From NCBI GenBank assembly GCA_963734495.1, contig CAVTHK010000016.1, forward strand, positions 128,001 through 192,000: 64,000 nt of DNA. The letters are read 5' to 3'. The notes below the pieces were generated by a model, which did not search any database, was not told where the DNA came from, and worked only from the letters and a program-made list of their open reading frames with translations. The stretch is from an uncultured Spirochaetota bacterium. GTDB lineage: Bacteria > Spirochaetota > Spirochaetia > SZUA-6 > CAVTHK01. This document shows, in pieces, positions 22,248-32,764 of the stretch. The number at the start of each line of letters is the position of its first letter. Positions within the stretch are counted from its first letter, which is position 1. A program made the position numbers and the translations under genes.

Positions 22248-23557
22248 ATGAAGGGACGCACGGCATTGGTCGCGTCGTTGTTGTTTCTGTTGATCGCCGG
22301 CTTGACATTCGCCAGCGGAGGCAAGGAGGCGACAGGTTCGAGCACGAGCCCCAGCGGGACCGTCATCTGGTGGTCTCCGAACTGGGACAGCCCGGCTGTC
22401 CGCGGCGGCCCTGGCGACGCGGATCTGGTCAAGAAGTTCCAGGAGAAAAACCCCAACATAAAGGTCGAAATTCAGCAGACCGTGGGGCAGGGCCTCGAGA
22501 ACAAGATCCTTGTGGCCATCCAGTCCGGCTCGGGATTCGACGTGGCGGACGTCTCCGTAGTCGTGGAACATCTCCTTTGCCAAGACGGGCGGCCTGCTCG
22601 CGCTCGACTCGTACATCAAGGAATCCAAGCTGGACGTGTCCGATTTCTATGCCGGCCAACTGGACCACGTCGCAGTACGACGGCAAGACGTAGGGGATGC
22701 CGTATCGGGCCAGCTCCGACGGGCTTCATCTACAACAGGAAGCTTTTCCGCGAGGCGGGGCTCGATCCCGACAAGCCGCCGGTGACCTGGGACGACGTCC
22801 TGACCTACGCGCCAGAAGCTCACGAAGAAGGCGGGCGACAAGAAGCAGTTCGGGTGGGGCCTGGTGGGCGGCGGCGAGACCAACAACTTCATGGCCTACT
22901 TCTCCACGATGATCTGGGGCCACGGCGGCGAGTACATCTCCAGCGACTTCAAGACGGTCACCATCAACCAGCCGCCGGCCGTTGCCGGCGCGACTTTCTG
23001 GGGCGACCTCTTCACGAAGTACACGATCGCCCAGGACTCCGCTCTCCAGGACGACGGGAATACGATCATGCCGCTCTTCGCGCAGGACGTGGTCGCGATG
23101 TACCTCACGGGGATCTACAACATCGCGCCTGTGCGCAAGGCGAGCCCCAACCTGGAGCTGGGCTTTGGCGTCTGGCCGAAGGTCAAGGGCCGGGACCCCG
23201 CCACGAACCTCGGCGGGTGGTCGCTGATCGTTCCCAAGGCCACAAAGAATGCCGCACGCCACGTGGAAGTTCGTGAGCTTCATCGCCGAGCCGGAGAACA
23301 TGGCGGTCCTCACGGACATGTTCCCCGCCCGGAAGTCCGCGATGAAGGCGGCGCGGTTCCAGAATCCTGACTATCAAGACCTTCATCGAGAACATGCAAG
23401 TACTCGCACCCGTTCCCGATCCAGGTCACCAACTGGCCGCAAGATGACGGGCATCGATCCAGAAGAACGCGCAGACGATGTCTGCTGGGACAGAAGACGC
23501 CCCAGGAGGCGATGAACATCATCGCCGCCGAGATGAACGAAGCTGATGCAGCAGTAG
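22248..23557 (+). CDS. sugar ABC transporter substrate-binding protein (many frameshifts, one in-frame TAG near 22691)
   Basis: Signal peptide then ASGGKE, FIYNRKLFREAGLDPDKPPVTWDD, GGWSLIVP. Confidence 0.8.
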
Positions 23558-23568
23558 TCGACCGTGCA

Positions 23569-23600
23569 GCGGCGGGGCCGCGTATCCCGCGGCCCGCCGC
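23569..23600 (+). terminator. GC-rich hairpin after the SBP gene
   Basis: GCGGCGGGGCCGCG-TATCC-CGCGGCCCGCCGC; no T-tract. Confidence 0.5.
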
Positions 23601-23623
23601 CTGCCTCGTAGCGAGGCAGACCA

Positions 23624-24507
23624 TTGCGGAAAGGCCTCTGCAAGCGGACGGGCAGCAGATCCCGGGCATGGCTCTTCACGATGCCCGTCCCGGTCTTCCT
23701 GCTGCTGTTCATCCTCTTTCCGCTGATCTCCAACATCCGGCTCAGCCTGACCGACCAGGAGGGAAACTACGTCGGATTCAAGCAATACGCCGAGGTGCTG
23801 ACCGATCGCCAGCATCTGGGCGTCGGCTCTGGTGACGACCATCTACGTCGGTGTGTCCGTCGTCTTCCAGATCGTTCTCGGGACGTTGACGGCGATCCTG
23901 GTCGAACCAGAAGCTCAAGGGCAAGGCGTTCTTCCGCAGCGCCATCCTGATCCCGTGGGTGGTCCCCGCCTCCGTCGCGGCGACCACCTGGGCGTGGATG
24001 TACCATCCCGCGCTTCGGCGTCGTCGCGCTGGTGATGAACAAGCTCGGGCATCCTCGTCAAGATGGGGCTGCTCTCGACGCCGCAGACGGTCATCCTCGC
24101 CCTCGCGTTCGTCAACGTCTGGAAGATGTTCCCCTTTGTGGCCGTCATGGTTCTCGCCGGGCTGCAGGCGATCGACCAGGAGCTCTACGAGGCGGCGACG
24201 ATGGACGGCACGAACGTGGTGCAGAAGACGCGCTACATCACGCTGCCGTTCCTGCGCAACGTCCTCTTCTCGCTGCTCATCCTGCTGACGATCTGGGGCT
24301 TCAACGGCATCACGATCATCTACACGATGACCCGCGGAGGGCCTGCGGACCTGTCGCTCGTGCTGCCGATCCACATCTACCGCCAGGCGTTCCAGTACTT
24401 CCATCTGAACGTCGCGGCCGCGGAATCGGTGTTCCTCTTCGCCGTGCTCGCGGTGCTCATCGCCATCTACCTCAAGTCGTTCGGCCCGCGACGGAGACAC
24501 GGAATGA
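23624..24507 (+). CDS. carbohydrate ABC permease, MalF-like (frameshifted)
   Basis: YVGFKQY, LYEAATMDG, MTRGGP; end inferred from the ATGA overlap at 24504-24507. Confidence 0.8.
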
Positions 24508-25340
24508 AGAAGATCCTCGCTCGGATCCGCGCTGATGCGTCTTTCTCGCTGCTGGTGATCGCCTACAGCCTGTTCCCGTTCTTCTGGATGGTCATGACGT
24601 CGGTCAAGACCGAGCGCGAGCTGCAGACTGTGCCCGCCGACCTTCTTTCCCTCCGAGTACACGTCTCGAGCAACTACCGCAACGTCTTCGTCAATAGCAA
24701 CATCCCCCGGTACTTCGTGAACTCCCTCGTAATCGCCGACAGGCGCCACGTCGCTCGCGCTCGTCATCGCCATGCGTCAGCGGCTACGGGTTCGCGCGCT
24801 TCCGATTCCGCGGCCGGAGCTTCCTCCTCAACGGAGTGCTCTCGAGCCAGATGATCCCGACGGCCGCGATGATGGTTCCGCTGTTTCTGACGCTGCGCAC
24901 CGTCGGCCTCGTCAACACCTACCTCGGGCTGATCCTGGTCTACCTGGTCTTCACCATCCCGTTGAGCGTCTGGATGATGACCAACTACTTCTATTCGATC
25001 TCGGGCTCGATCGAAGAGGCCGCGACGATCGACGGATGCTACGAGGCTCCAGAGCCTTCTCTACATCGTCCTGCCGGTGTCCATCCCGGGGATCGTGGCG
25101 ACGGGGATCTACAACTTCATTACGAGCTGGAACGAGTTCATCTTTGCGCTCGTGTTCGCCACCGACAAGAGCGTCATGACGCTGCCCATCGGCCTGGCGG
25201 AGTTCGTCTTCGAGTTCACGGTCGACTGGGGCGGCCTGATGGCCGCGTCGGTGCTCATGACCTTTCCCATCGTGACGATCTTCTTCGTCCTGCAGAGGTA
25301 CTTCATCAGCGGCCTGACCGCCGGCGCTACCAAGGGATAG
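24504..25340 (+). CDS. carbohydrate ABC permease, MalG-like (frameshifted)
   Basis: IEEAATIDG, WNEFIFA, C-terminal AGATKG. Confidence 0.82.
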
Positions 25341-25374
25341 CGCGGACGGGGGAGCAGGGCGGCCCGCCGGCGCG

Positions 25375-26166
25375 CTACGGCCAGATCTTCGCCTTCGGGT
25401 CCATCACCCAGGCGTGCTCTCTCGTGAACTCCGGTGTCCCGTAGCGCTGCCCGTCGAGGTGGCGGATCACCCACAGGTAGTACAGGGCGTAGCCGGGCGC
25501 TGCCACCTGCGGATGGTCGAGCCCGGGGGGGATGAGGAGCGTGTCGAGGTTGCGGACCTGGCACGCTTCGGTCCCGAGAGCTGCCAGGCCGAAGCCGTGG
25601 TCGGGAAGCGTGCGGTAGTGGTAGACCTCGGGCTGCGGGTGATGGTGAGGGGGGTAGCTCGACCATTTGCCGGGAAAGCTCACCGCTTCGCCGACCACCA
25701 GGTTGGCCAACGGGGCGTTCGTGTCGTCGACGACCGTGCGCACGATGCGCGTGGAAGTCTCGCGCATCGTCCCCTTGCCGCGCTCCTCCGAGCGGCACTC
25801 GGCCGGCGTGTAGAGCTTCGGCTCGAAGGCCCGATCGTTGTCCGCCGCCGCGACGGCAATCTCGGCGCCGCCTTCCCGGCCGCTGACGGTCACGGCCACT
25901 GCCGCCGGCACGTGCAGGCACCAGGGCGATTCGTCGAACACGGAGGACCGCGCGATGCTCGCGCTCCTGCCGTCCCACTCGAGAGCCGCAGAGCCCCCGA
26001 GCAGAGTGAAGGCCCGCTCGCGGCCGGGGCCGAGCTCGCGCTTCTCGCCCGCCGCGAGCTTGAGGATGCCGAAGTCCATCCCGATTTCCTTGTGCTTGCG
26101 GCCGATCGCGCAGATCGCCGTGTACCCGCGCGGGAAGCCCTCCTGCTGCCGGATCAAGCCCTTCAC
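25375..26166 (-). CDS. iolB: 5-deoxy-glucuronate isomerase (IolB/KduI family)
   Basis: GKWSSYPPHHH, EVYHYR, HPQVAAPGYALYYLW; GTG start after GAGGAG. Confidence 0.88.
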   Translation of the reverse strand: MKGLIRQQEGFPRGYTAICAIGRKHKEIGMDFGILKLAAGEKRELGPGRERAFTLLGGSAALEWDGRSASIARSSVFDESPWCLHVPAAVAVTVSGREGGAEIAVAAADNDRAFEPKLYTPAECRSEERGKGTMRETSTRIVRTVVDDTNAPLANLVVGEAVSFPGKWSSYPPHHHPQPEVYHYRTLPDHGFGLAALGTEACQVRNLDTLLIPPGLDHPQVAAPGYALYYLWVIRHLDGQRYGTPEFTREHAWVMDPKAKIWP

Positions 26167-26213
26167 GTGGCCCTCCTCATGAGAGACTGCTTGTGAGCTT
26201 AGCCTGCCCGCGG

Positions 26214-26672
26214 CTACCGGGGCAACTCCGGCGCGTACACCGTCAAGTCCTGCGGGGCGGGCCCGCTGGTCGTTATGGCCACCGTCCTCTCGGCCAGCAC
26301 CCGCTCGGCGAAGTCCACCCCGTAGTCCTTCCATGAGATGGTGACCGTGAGGCTCTCCCCGTTGTTCAGGCTGGCCGTCGCGTTCAAGGCCGGCGTGAAC
26401 AAGGGCAGGGTGTAGTCGTAGGTCATCCGCGGCAGCTCGACCGACCACGGAGCGGTGACCGCGGACGGCGCAGTGAACGCGCCCGTCTCGTCGGTGGTGT
26501 AGATCACGTTTGCGGACAGCCCGGTGGTGCCGGTCAGGGAGTACTTCACGATATACGTGTAGCGGTCCGCGCCGCTCGAGCCGAGCAGCTCGGGGATGCC
26601 CACGGCGCAGCGTGCGAGGCCCGCGATCGCCGCCGCGGCGGCCAGGAGCGGCAGGAAGGACCTTGTTCTCAT
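26214..26672 (-). CDS. putative lipoprotein with an MmpS-like beta-sandwich pattern
   Basis: Signal peptide ending LARC; VKYSLTG..ANVIY..VTAPWSVEL. Confidence 0.55.
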   Translation of the reverse strand: MRTRSFLPLLAAAAAIAGLARCAVGIPELLGSSGADRYTYIVKYSLTGTTGLSANVIYTTDETGAFTAPSAVTAPWSVELPRMTYDYTLPLFTPALNATASLNNGESLTVTISWKDYGVDFAERVLAERTVAITTSGPAPQDLTVYAPELPR

Positions 26673-26735
26673 CCTGCGTCCAAGTCTATCGCACGCGGGC
26701 GCGCAAAGCGAGACCCGTAGTCACGGCGGTCAACC

Positions 26736-26764
26736 TTGACAGCGGATTCCGCGGCAACTAGACT
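26736..26764 (+). promoter_or_regulatory. sigma70 promoter of the third ABC operon
   Basis: TTGACA-N17-TAGACT. Confidence 0.65.
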
Positions 26765-26817
26765 CTCGGCACGCGTCGAGGCCGGGCGCACGGCGCGGAG
26801 CGCAGAGGAGCGTGCTG

Positions 26818-28108
26818 ATGAACAAGCGGGTTGTTGCCCTTTTGGTGCTCGCGGCGTTCTGCGCCGCGGGGACGTGGGCCGAAGGCGGCGTCGAACGCGC
26901 GCGCAAGGGACCGGTCACGATCACGTTCGTGCGAAAGAACACGACGCTGCCGGCGGCATATGAGCAGATCTTCGCTCTCTTCAAGTCCAGGACCGGCAAC
27001 ACCGTCGAAATCCAGGCCTTGCCGTCGGGCGAGGAGTACGGGCAGCTCCTGATGACCCGTTTCGCGACCAAGGACTACCCGGACCTCTTCGAGATGGACC
27101 CCGGCCCCAAGCAGAACACCAAGTTCCGCGCCGAGGAAACGCTGTACGAGTGGACCAGCGACAAGATCCTGGACCGGCTCGTCGACTCCAGCCGCAACTT
27201 CGCCAGGCAGGCGGACGGGAAGATCTACGGCATCCCGTGGGGCGCGACGAACAGCTTTGGCGTGTACTACAACAAGGATATCTTCGCCAGGATCGGCGCG
27301 AAGGAGCCCCAGAGCTACGCTGAGCTCCTGGAGATCTGCAACAAGGTCAAGGCGGCGGGGATCACCCCCATCTACGAGGCCGTCAAGACCGGTTGGCCTC
27401 CCCAGGTCTACTCCCTCGCGAGCTGGGTGACGTGGGTCGACCCGGCGATCGGCGACGACGGCGTCGCGAAGCTCACGGTGAACCAGCTCCGCTTCACCGA
27501 GATCCCCGCGTTCAAGCAGGTGCTGCAGCGCCAGGTCCAGCTCAAGACCCTCGGCTACTACCAGGACAACGTGCTCGCCGGAACCTACGACGAGCAGCAG
27601 GACATGTTCGGGCAGGGCAAGGTCGCGATGATCTTTCAGCTCACCGGGCGTGCTGCCGCTGCTGCAGCAGAAGTTCGGCCCGGACTTCGTCAACAACAAG
27701 GTCGGCTGGTTCCCGATCCCGGGCGAAAGCTCGCCGGGCATCGCGTGCCTGTCGCCCGGCGGACAGATCATGGTCCCCCGCGACAAGCCGAACGCCTCCG
27801 TGTCGACTGATCTGGTGCGCTTCATGACGGAAAAAGACTCCCTCGACATCTGGTACAAGGTCAATCCCGGCATTCCCATTTTCAAGGAGGCCGCCAGCGT
27901 TCTCCTGCCCGCCCAGGAACAGGTGCTGAAACTGGCGAAAGAGGGAAAGGCGAAGATCAACCTGCAGAACAGGATCACCTCGTCGTTCCCCGACTATCCC
28001 AAGATCCTGCAGCAGCTCTTTATCGACGGCGACGTCGACAACGCGCTCAAGGTGCTCGACGAGAACTATCGCCGCACGGGCAAGGCCAGGCAGCTGCCCG
28101 GCTTCTAG
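26818..28108 (+). CDS. sugar ABC transporter substrate-binding protein (frameshift near 27648)
   Basis: DGKIYGIP, YYNKDIF, AGITPIY, GQGKVAM; continues in the 27650..28108 frame. Confidence 0.88.
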
Positions 28109-28117
28109 GAAGACCGT

Positions 28118-28142
28118 GAGGGGCGGCCGCGCGCCGCCCCTC
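28118..28142 (+). terminator. 10-bp hairpin after the SBP gene
   Basis: GAGGGGCGGC-CGCGC-GCCGCCCCTC. Confidence 0.45.
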
Positions 28143-28175
28143 CGAGCTGCTCGAGGACAGGGCCAGGCCCGACCC

Positions 28176-29045
28176 GTGAGACACACCGACTACCCTCTCG
28201 CATTCGCTTTCCCGGCGGCGTTCGTCTTTCTGCTCATGTTCGTCACGCCCACCGTGACGAGCTTCTACTACAGCCTGACGGACTGGAACATCCACGCGCG
28301 CGGCGTCAAGTTCATCGGGCTCGAGAACTTCCGGGAGCTCTTCACCGACGTCAAGCTGGTGGCCGCGATCCGCAACACCGTCGTCTTCGCCGTCTCCGTG
28401 ACCGTGCTTCGCAACGTGATCGGCCTCGTCCTCGCGCTGGCGCTCAACATGCGCATGCGGCTGCGCAACGTCCTGCGCACGATCTTCTTTACGCCCTACG
28501 TGATCGCGCCCATCATCATCGGCTACCTGTTCGCGGCCCTCTACCAGCCGGCCCACGGGCTCATCAACCAGACGCTGCGGTGGGCGGGCCTCGGGGCGCT
28601 CGCCGTCGACTGGCTCAACGACGCACGCTACGCCCTGTTTGCCACGATCATGACCGACGTGTGGCGGACGAGCGGCTTCGCCATGGTGATCTACCTCGCG
28701 GGGCTGCAGGTGATCCCGGGGGATCTCTACGAGAGCGCGGCGCTCGACGGCGCCGGGGCCTGGGGGAGGTTCGCGCACATCACGTTCCCGCTGCTCGCCC
28801 CGTCGTTCACGGTGAACCTCGTGCTCTCGATCATCGGGACGCTCAAGGTCTTCGTCATGATCCTCGTCCTGACCAATGGCGGGCCGGGGTACGCGACCGA
28901 GGTGATCAACACCTACATCATGTCGAACTTCAGCCTTGGTCTCTACGGGTACGCCACCGCCGCCAACCTGATGCTGTTCCTGCTGATCGCCGCGATCGGC
29001 CTCCCGCTGCTCTACGGGCTGCGGAAGCGGGAGGTCGAGCTGTGA
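28176..29045 (+). CDS. carbohydrate ABC permease (MalF-like)
   Basis: FIGLENF, LYESAALDGA, TNGGPGYATE. Confidence 0.92.
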   Translation: MRHTDYPLAFAFPAAFVFLLMFVTPTVTSFYYSLTDWNIHARGVKFIGLENFRELFTDVKLVAAIRNTVVFAVSVTVLRNVIGLVLALALNMRMRLRNVLRTIFFTPYVIAPIIIGYLFAALYQPAHGLINQTLRWAGLGALAVDWLNDARYALFATIMTDVWRTSGFAMVIYLAGLQVIPGDLYESAALDGAGAWGRFAHITFPLLAPSFTVNLVLSIIGTLKVFVMILVLTNGGPGYATEVINTYIMSNFSLGLYGYATAANLMLFLLIAAIGLPLLYGLRKREVEL

Positions 29046-29860
29046 AGCGGCTGCGGCTGCTGACCGCGCTCGTCGAGATGCTCTGCCTGGCCCTCGCCGT
29101 CGCGGTGGTCGTCCCGTTCCTCATGATCGCGCTCAATTCGCTCAAGGGCGTGCGCGAGGCCGCTCTCTTCGGCCTCTCCCTTCCGTCGAAGTGGATGTGG
29201 AGCAACTACGGCAAGGTGCTGTCGGAATCGGGGATCCTGCGCGGCTTCGCCAACAGCATCGGGCTGGCCGCCGCCGTCGTCCTCGTCGACGACGTGTTCG
29301 CGGCGCTGGCCGCGTTCGTGATCCAGAGACGGCGCGGGGCCCTTCGCTTCCTCTACTATCTCTTCTTCCTGGGGCTGATCGCCCCGGTCGCGATCGTCCC
29401 GACGATCCGGCTCATGATGGACCTGCGCATCCACAACACGTATCCCGGCATCGTCCTCTACTACACGGCCACCGTGCTGCCGTTTTCCGTGTTCGTGCTC
29501 ACGGGGTTCATGAAGTCGCTGCCCCGCGAGCTGGACGAGGCCGCGCTGATGGAGGGCTGCGGGTACGCGCGGCTGTTCTTCCGCATCATCGTGCCCCTCA
29601 TCGTGTCCGCTCTCGTTACCGTGACGATCGTGGTCACGACGGCGGTCTGGGACGACTTTATGGGGCCTTTCTACCTGATCTCCGACAGCCGCAAATGGAC
29701 GATCATGCTCAAGATCTTCAGCTTCATGTCCCAGTACGAGACCCAGTGGGGCCTGGTGTTCGCCTTCATGATGATGGTGCTCGCGCCGGTGCTCATCGTC
29801 TACCTCGCCCTCCAGCGGTACATCATCGAGGGCCTGACTGCCGGGTCGCTCAAGGGGTAG
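29042..29860 (+). CDS. carbohydrate ABC permease (MalG-like)
   Basis: ELDEAALMEG, WDDF, AGSLKG; GTGA overlap. Confidence 0.92.
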   Translation: MKRLRLLTALVEMLCLALAVAVVVPFLMIALNSLKGVREAALFGLSLPSKWMWSNYGKVLSESGILRGFANSIGLAAAVVLVDDVFAALAAFVIQRRRGALRFLYYLFFLGLIAPVAIVPTIRLMMDLRIHNTYPGIVLYYTATVLPFSVFVLTGFMKSLPRELDEAALMEGCGYARLFFRIIVPLIVSALVTVTIVVTTAVWDDFMGPFYLISDSRKWTIMLKIFSFMSQYETQWGLVFAFMMMVLAPVLIVYLALQRYIIEGLTAGSLKG

Positions 29861-29929
29861 GCTCGAGGGGCAACGCGGCCCCGCGGCGCGCGGCTGCGAG
29901 ACGCCCGCGGTAGGGGGACGGAGGGACAC

Positions 29930-31675
29930 ATGGCAACCGAGAGAATGGTGCCGGGCACGCTCCTGCTCGAGGAACGTGCGGGAATCGCCGCGAACGCGCT
30001 GGTGGGTCTGGCGGACGAGGACTACGAGCATATCCCGTTCTTCAGCGGGTTCCTCATCGCGAAGCCGGCGTGGATGACCCACGGCAACTGGTTCTGCGGG
30101 CTTCACGGGCGGCTCATCGACGCGCTCATAAGGGCGCGCTGCATGTCCGGAACCACGCAGGGCCTGGACGTCGAGGAGCACTACCGGAGCAACCTTCTTT
30201 CGTTTTTCCGTCCCGACGGCCTGGTCTACAGGCGGAACACGTTCACGCAGGAGACCATCACGGAGCACCAGGCGCGCTTCGAGGAGAGCGCCAGCATGAT
30301 CGACCAGCGCGCCGTGATGCTCGGCGTGACCACCTGGTACATGGCCACCGGTGACCCGAGGGCCAAGGACGCCTCGGACAGGCAGTGCGCCGCCCTCAGA
30401 CGGATCGCGAGAAAGGAGCGGGACTCCTGGTACTACCCTGCCTCCGAGTACACCGAGCACGGGTGGCCCTCGTTCGACGCGGTGCACACCCGCCTCGCCG
30501 TGGACCCTGCGGCCATGTGGGGCCGCCAGGTGATGCCGCTCATCCGCTGGCATCAGTTCACGGGCAACGCGGACGCCTACGAGCTGGCGGAGAGCTTCGT
30601 CGCGAACATCGTGCACCGCAGCGGCGTCTTCAACAGGGACGGCAGCTTCAACGGCGCCCTCGAGTACCGCAACGGGCATTTCCACACGCGCATGGGGACC
30701 CTCGACGCCGTCGCCCGCTTTGCCGTGTTCACGGGGGATTCGTCCCTCCTCGCCTGGGTGAAGAAGTCCTACGACTGGGCGCTCACGCAGTGCACCGCCT
30801 TCGGGTGGACTCCGGGCGACATGCAGGACCAGGCATACGAGCACGAGACCTGCTCGCTCGTGGACGCCATCAGCGTGGGCCTCACCCTGGCCCGGGCCGG
30901 TTACCACGAGTATTGGGGCTGCATCGAGCGCTTCGTGCGCAATCAGCTTACCGAGGCGCAGCTCCTCGACATCGCCTGGATCGACGAATCGCAGGACAAG
31001 AGCAGGGACATCCCCAGGCGCAAGACCTTCTACAAGGTCGCGCAGCGGCTGCGCGGAGCCTTCGCCGGCTACTCGGCGCCCAATGACTTTGTCTACGACG
31101 GGCCGTGGGGGCGGGGCCACGTCATGGACGTCCAGGGCTGCTGCGTGGCATCCGGCACGCGCGGCCTGCACGCGGCCTGGAGCGCGATCGTGACGGAAAG
31201 CCGCGGCCGTGTCTCCGTGAACCTCCTGCTGAGCCGCGGTACCCGGTGGCTCGACGTGAGCAGCCACATGCCGCACGAAGGCCGCGTCGACCTGGACGTC
31301 AACATGGATCTCCCGGACCTGCTGGTGCGCATCCCTGAATGGGCCCCCTTTGGAGGCGTGGAAGTCGCGCGTACGCGGGGCGGCGAGACAGTCGAAACCA
31401 CGGGCAGACGGCTGAGCTGGGTCAATCAGCGTTTCATGCGGCTCGGGCCGGCGAGGGAGGGCGAGAGGATCACGATCAAGTTCCCCCTGCGACGGCAGAC
31501 GACGGTCGAGAGGGCCGTCGACCGGGAGTTCACCGTCGAGTGGATTGGTGACGACGTCGTGGGCATCGATCCGCCGGGCAGGTACTACCCGCTCTACAGC
31601 GGCCGCAAGGTCCTGCCATCTGCGCCGATGAGGCCCTTTGCCTACGCGAGGGACAACGGTACTATTCCGATCTGA
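29930..31675 (+). CDS. GH127/GH146-like (alpha/alpha)6 glycosidase
   Basis: HETC and GCC Zn/Cys motifs, ERFVRNQL, VRIPEWA beta-domain. Confidence 0.65.
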   Translation: MATERMVPGTLLLEERAGIAANALVGLADEDYEHIPFFSGFLIAKPAWMTHGNWFCGLHGRLIDALIRARCMSGTTQGLDVEEHYRSNLLSFFRPDGLVYRRNTFTQETITEHQARFEESASMIDQRAVMLGVTTWYMATGDPRAKDASDRQCAALRRIARKERDSWYYPASEYTEHGWPSFDAVHTRLAVDPAAMWGRQVMPLIRWHQFTGNADAYELAESFVANIVHRSGVFNRDGSFNGALEYRNGHFHTRMGTLDAVARFAVFTGDSSLLAWVKKSYDWALTQCTAFGWTPGDMQDQAYEHETCSLVDAISVGLTLARAGYHEYWGCIERFVRNQLTEAQLLDIAWIDESQDKSRDIPRRKTFYKVAQRLRGAFAGYSAPNDFVYDGPWGRGHVMDVQGCCVASGTRGLHAAWSAIVTESRGRVSVNLLLSRGTRWLDVSSHMPHEGRVDLDVNMDLPDLLVRIPEWAPFGGVEVARTRGGETVETTGRRLSWVNQRFMRLGPAREGERITIKFPLRRQTTVERAVDREFTVEWIGDDVVGIDPPGRYYPLYSGRKVLPSAPMRPFAYARDNGTIPI

Positions 31676-31685
31676 GGAGCGGGAG

Positions 31686-32351
31686 ATGACAACAGTCACT
31701 GGCATATTCACGGGGCAGGGCCTGATCGGCCTTCTCCAGCCCATATTGGCGAGGGAGCTTCCGGGCTGCCGCGTCGTCAACATCCTCGATGACAGCGTGA
31801 TCCGCGACGTGATCGCCGAAGGCGGCGTGGGCAAGTCCGTGATCAGGCGCATGCTGCAGTACTATCAGATCGCGGCCGACGCGGGCGCGGACGTCATCCT
31901 CAACACCTGCTCGTCCGTCGGCGAGGTGGTCGCGCTCGGCCGGGAGGTCGTGAGTGTCCCCATCGTGAGGATCGACGAGCCGATGGCCGCGAAGGCCGTC
32001 GCAAGCTACGAGCGGATAGGCGTGCTCGCCACGCTCCCCACCACGCTGAACCCGACCATCCGGCTTCTCCGGTCGCAGGCCGCGGCGCAGGGGAGGTCCG
32101 TCACCATCGTCGAGGGCCTTGCCGAAGGCGCCTACGACGCCCTGGTCGGCGGAAAGGCCGCGGAGCACGACGAGCTGATCCTTCGCGCGGCCCGCAGGAT
32201 CGCGGACCGGGTGGACTGCATCGTGCTGGCCCAGGGCTCCATGGCGAGGATGGAAGCGGCCCTCGCCGAAAAGACTGGCAGGGCGGTGCTCTCCAGCCCG
32301 TACCTCGCGGTGATGTCCGTCAAGTCCATGATCGCGGCGGCGGTCAAGTAG
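31686..32351 (+). CDS. Asp/Glu/hydantoin racemase family protein
   Basis: ILNTCSS, VRIDEPMA, IGVLAT, VLAQGSM, VLSSP. Confidence 0.85.
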   Translation: MTTVTGIFTGQGLIGLLQPILARELPGCRVVNILDDSVIRDVIAEGGVGKSVIRRMLQYYQIAADAGADVILNTCSSVGEVVALGREVVSVPIVRIDEPMAAKAVASYERIGVLATLPTTLNPTIRLLRSQAAAQGRSVTIVEGLAEGAYDALVGGKAAEHDELILRAARRIADRVDCIVLAQGSMARMEAALAEKTGRAVLSSPYLAVMSVKSMIAAAVK

Positions 32352-32371
32352 CGGGAATTTCCCTCGGAAAC

Positions 32372-32401
32372 TTGCGGGCAACAGGGATATTGTCGACAAT
32401 A
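32372..32401 (+). promoter_or_regulatory. promoter overlapped by the perfect 14-bp palindrome TATTGTCGACAATA
   Basis: TTGCGG(32372)-N17-GACAAT(32395); palindrome at 32388-32401. Confidence 0.55.
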
Positions 32402-32449
32402 ACCGTACGGACCCCGACCAGGAGGCCGAGGCCCTCGCAGGAGGGTACA

Positions 32450-32614
32450 GTGCCTGACGAAGTCGTGATGCCGTGGGACGTCCCGACCAGACCGGCGCCG
32501 GGACCCGAGCGGAATCAACCGCGACCCGCAGATGCCTCTCGAAAAGAAGAAGAGCAGAAGGGAAGGGATACTCCCGCCCAACCTGAGCTGCCTCCCGAGT
32601 ACCACCTCGGCTGA
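32450..32614 (+). CDS. small hypothetical protein (54 aa, Pro/Glu-rich)
   Basis: AGGAGG RBS just before the GTG; own promoter-like element upstream. Confidence 0.5.
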   Translation: MPDEVVMPWDVPTRPAPGPERNQPRPADASRKEEEQKGRDTPAQPELPPEYHLG

Positions 32615-32764
32615 GCGGCGGTCACCGCTCTCGGTCGGGATCGATGTCGCCCTCGGGCTGAGCCGCGCCGGGATTGACGCCCGCACGGTCCCCCGCTAAA
32701 GCTATCGGGACCCGGCGGGCGGATCTCCCCGAAGGCGTTTCGCTGTCGCCGGACGGGAGGCAAC

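Noticed and set aside
22691..22693. In-frame TAG (GKT*GMP) as pyrrolysine or stop-codon recoding
   Set aside because: Tyr is expected at this position (one substitution from TAC). It lies in the most error-rich stretch and TAG is a normal stop elsewhere in the window.
24063..24854. Apparent fusion of two ABC permeases
   Set aside because: An ATGA start/stop overlap at 24504-24507 and the high local indel rate indicate two genes.
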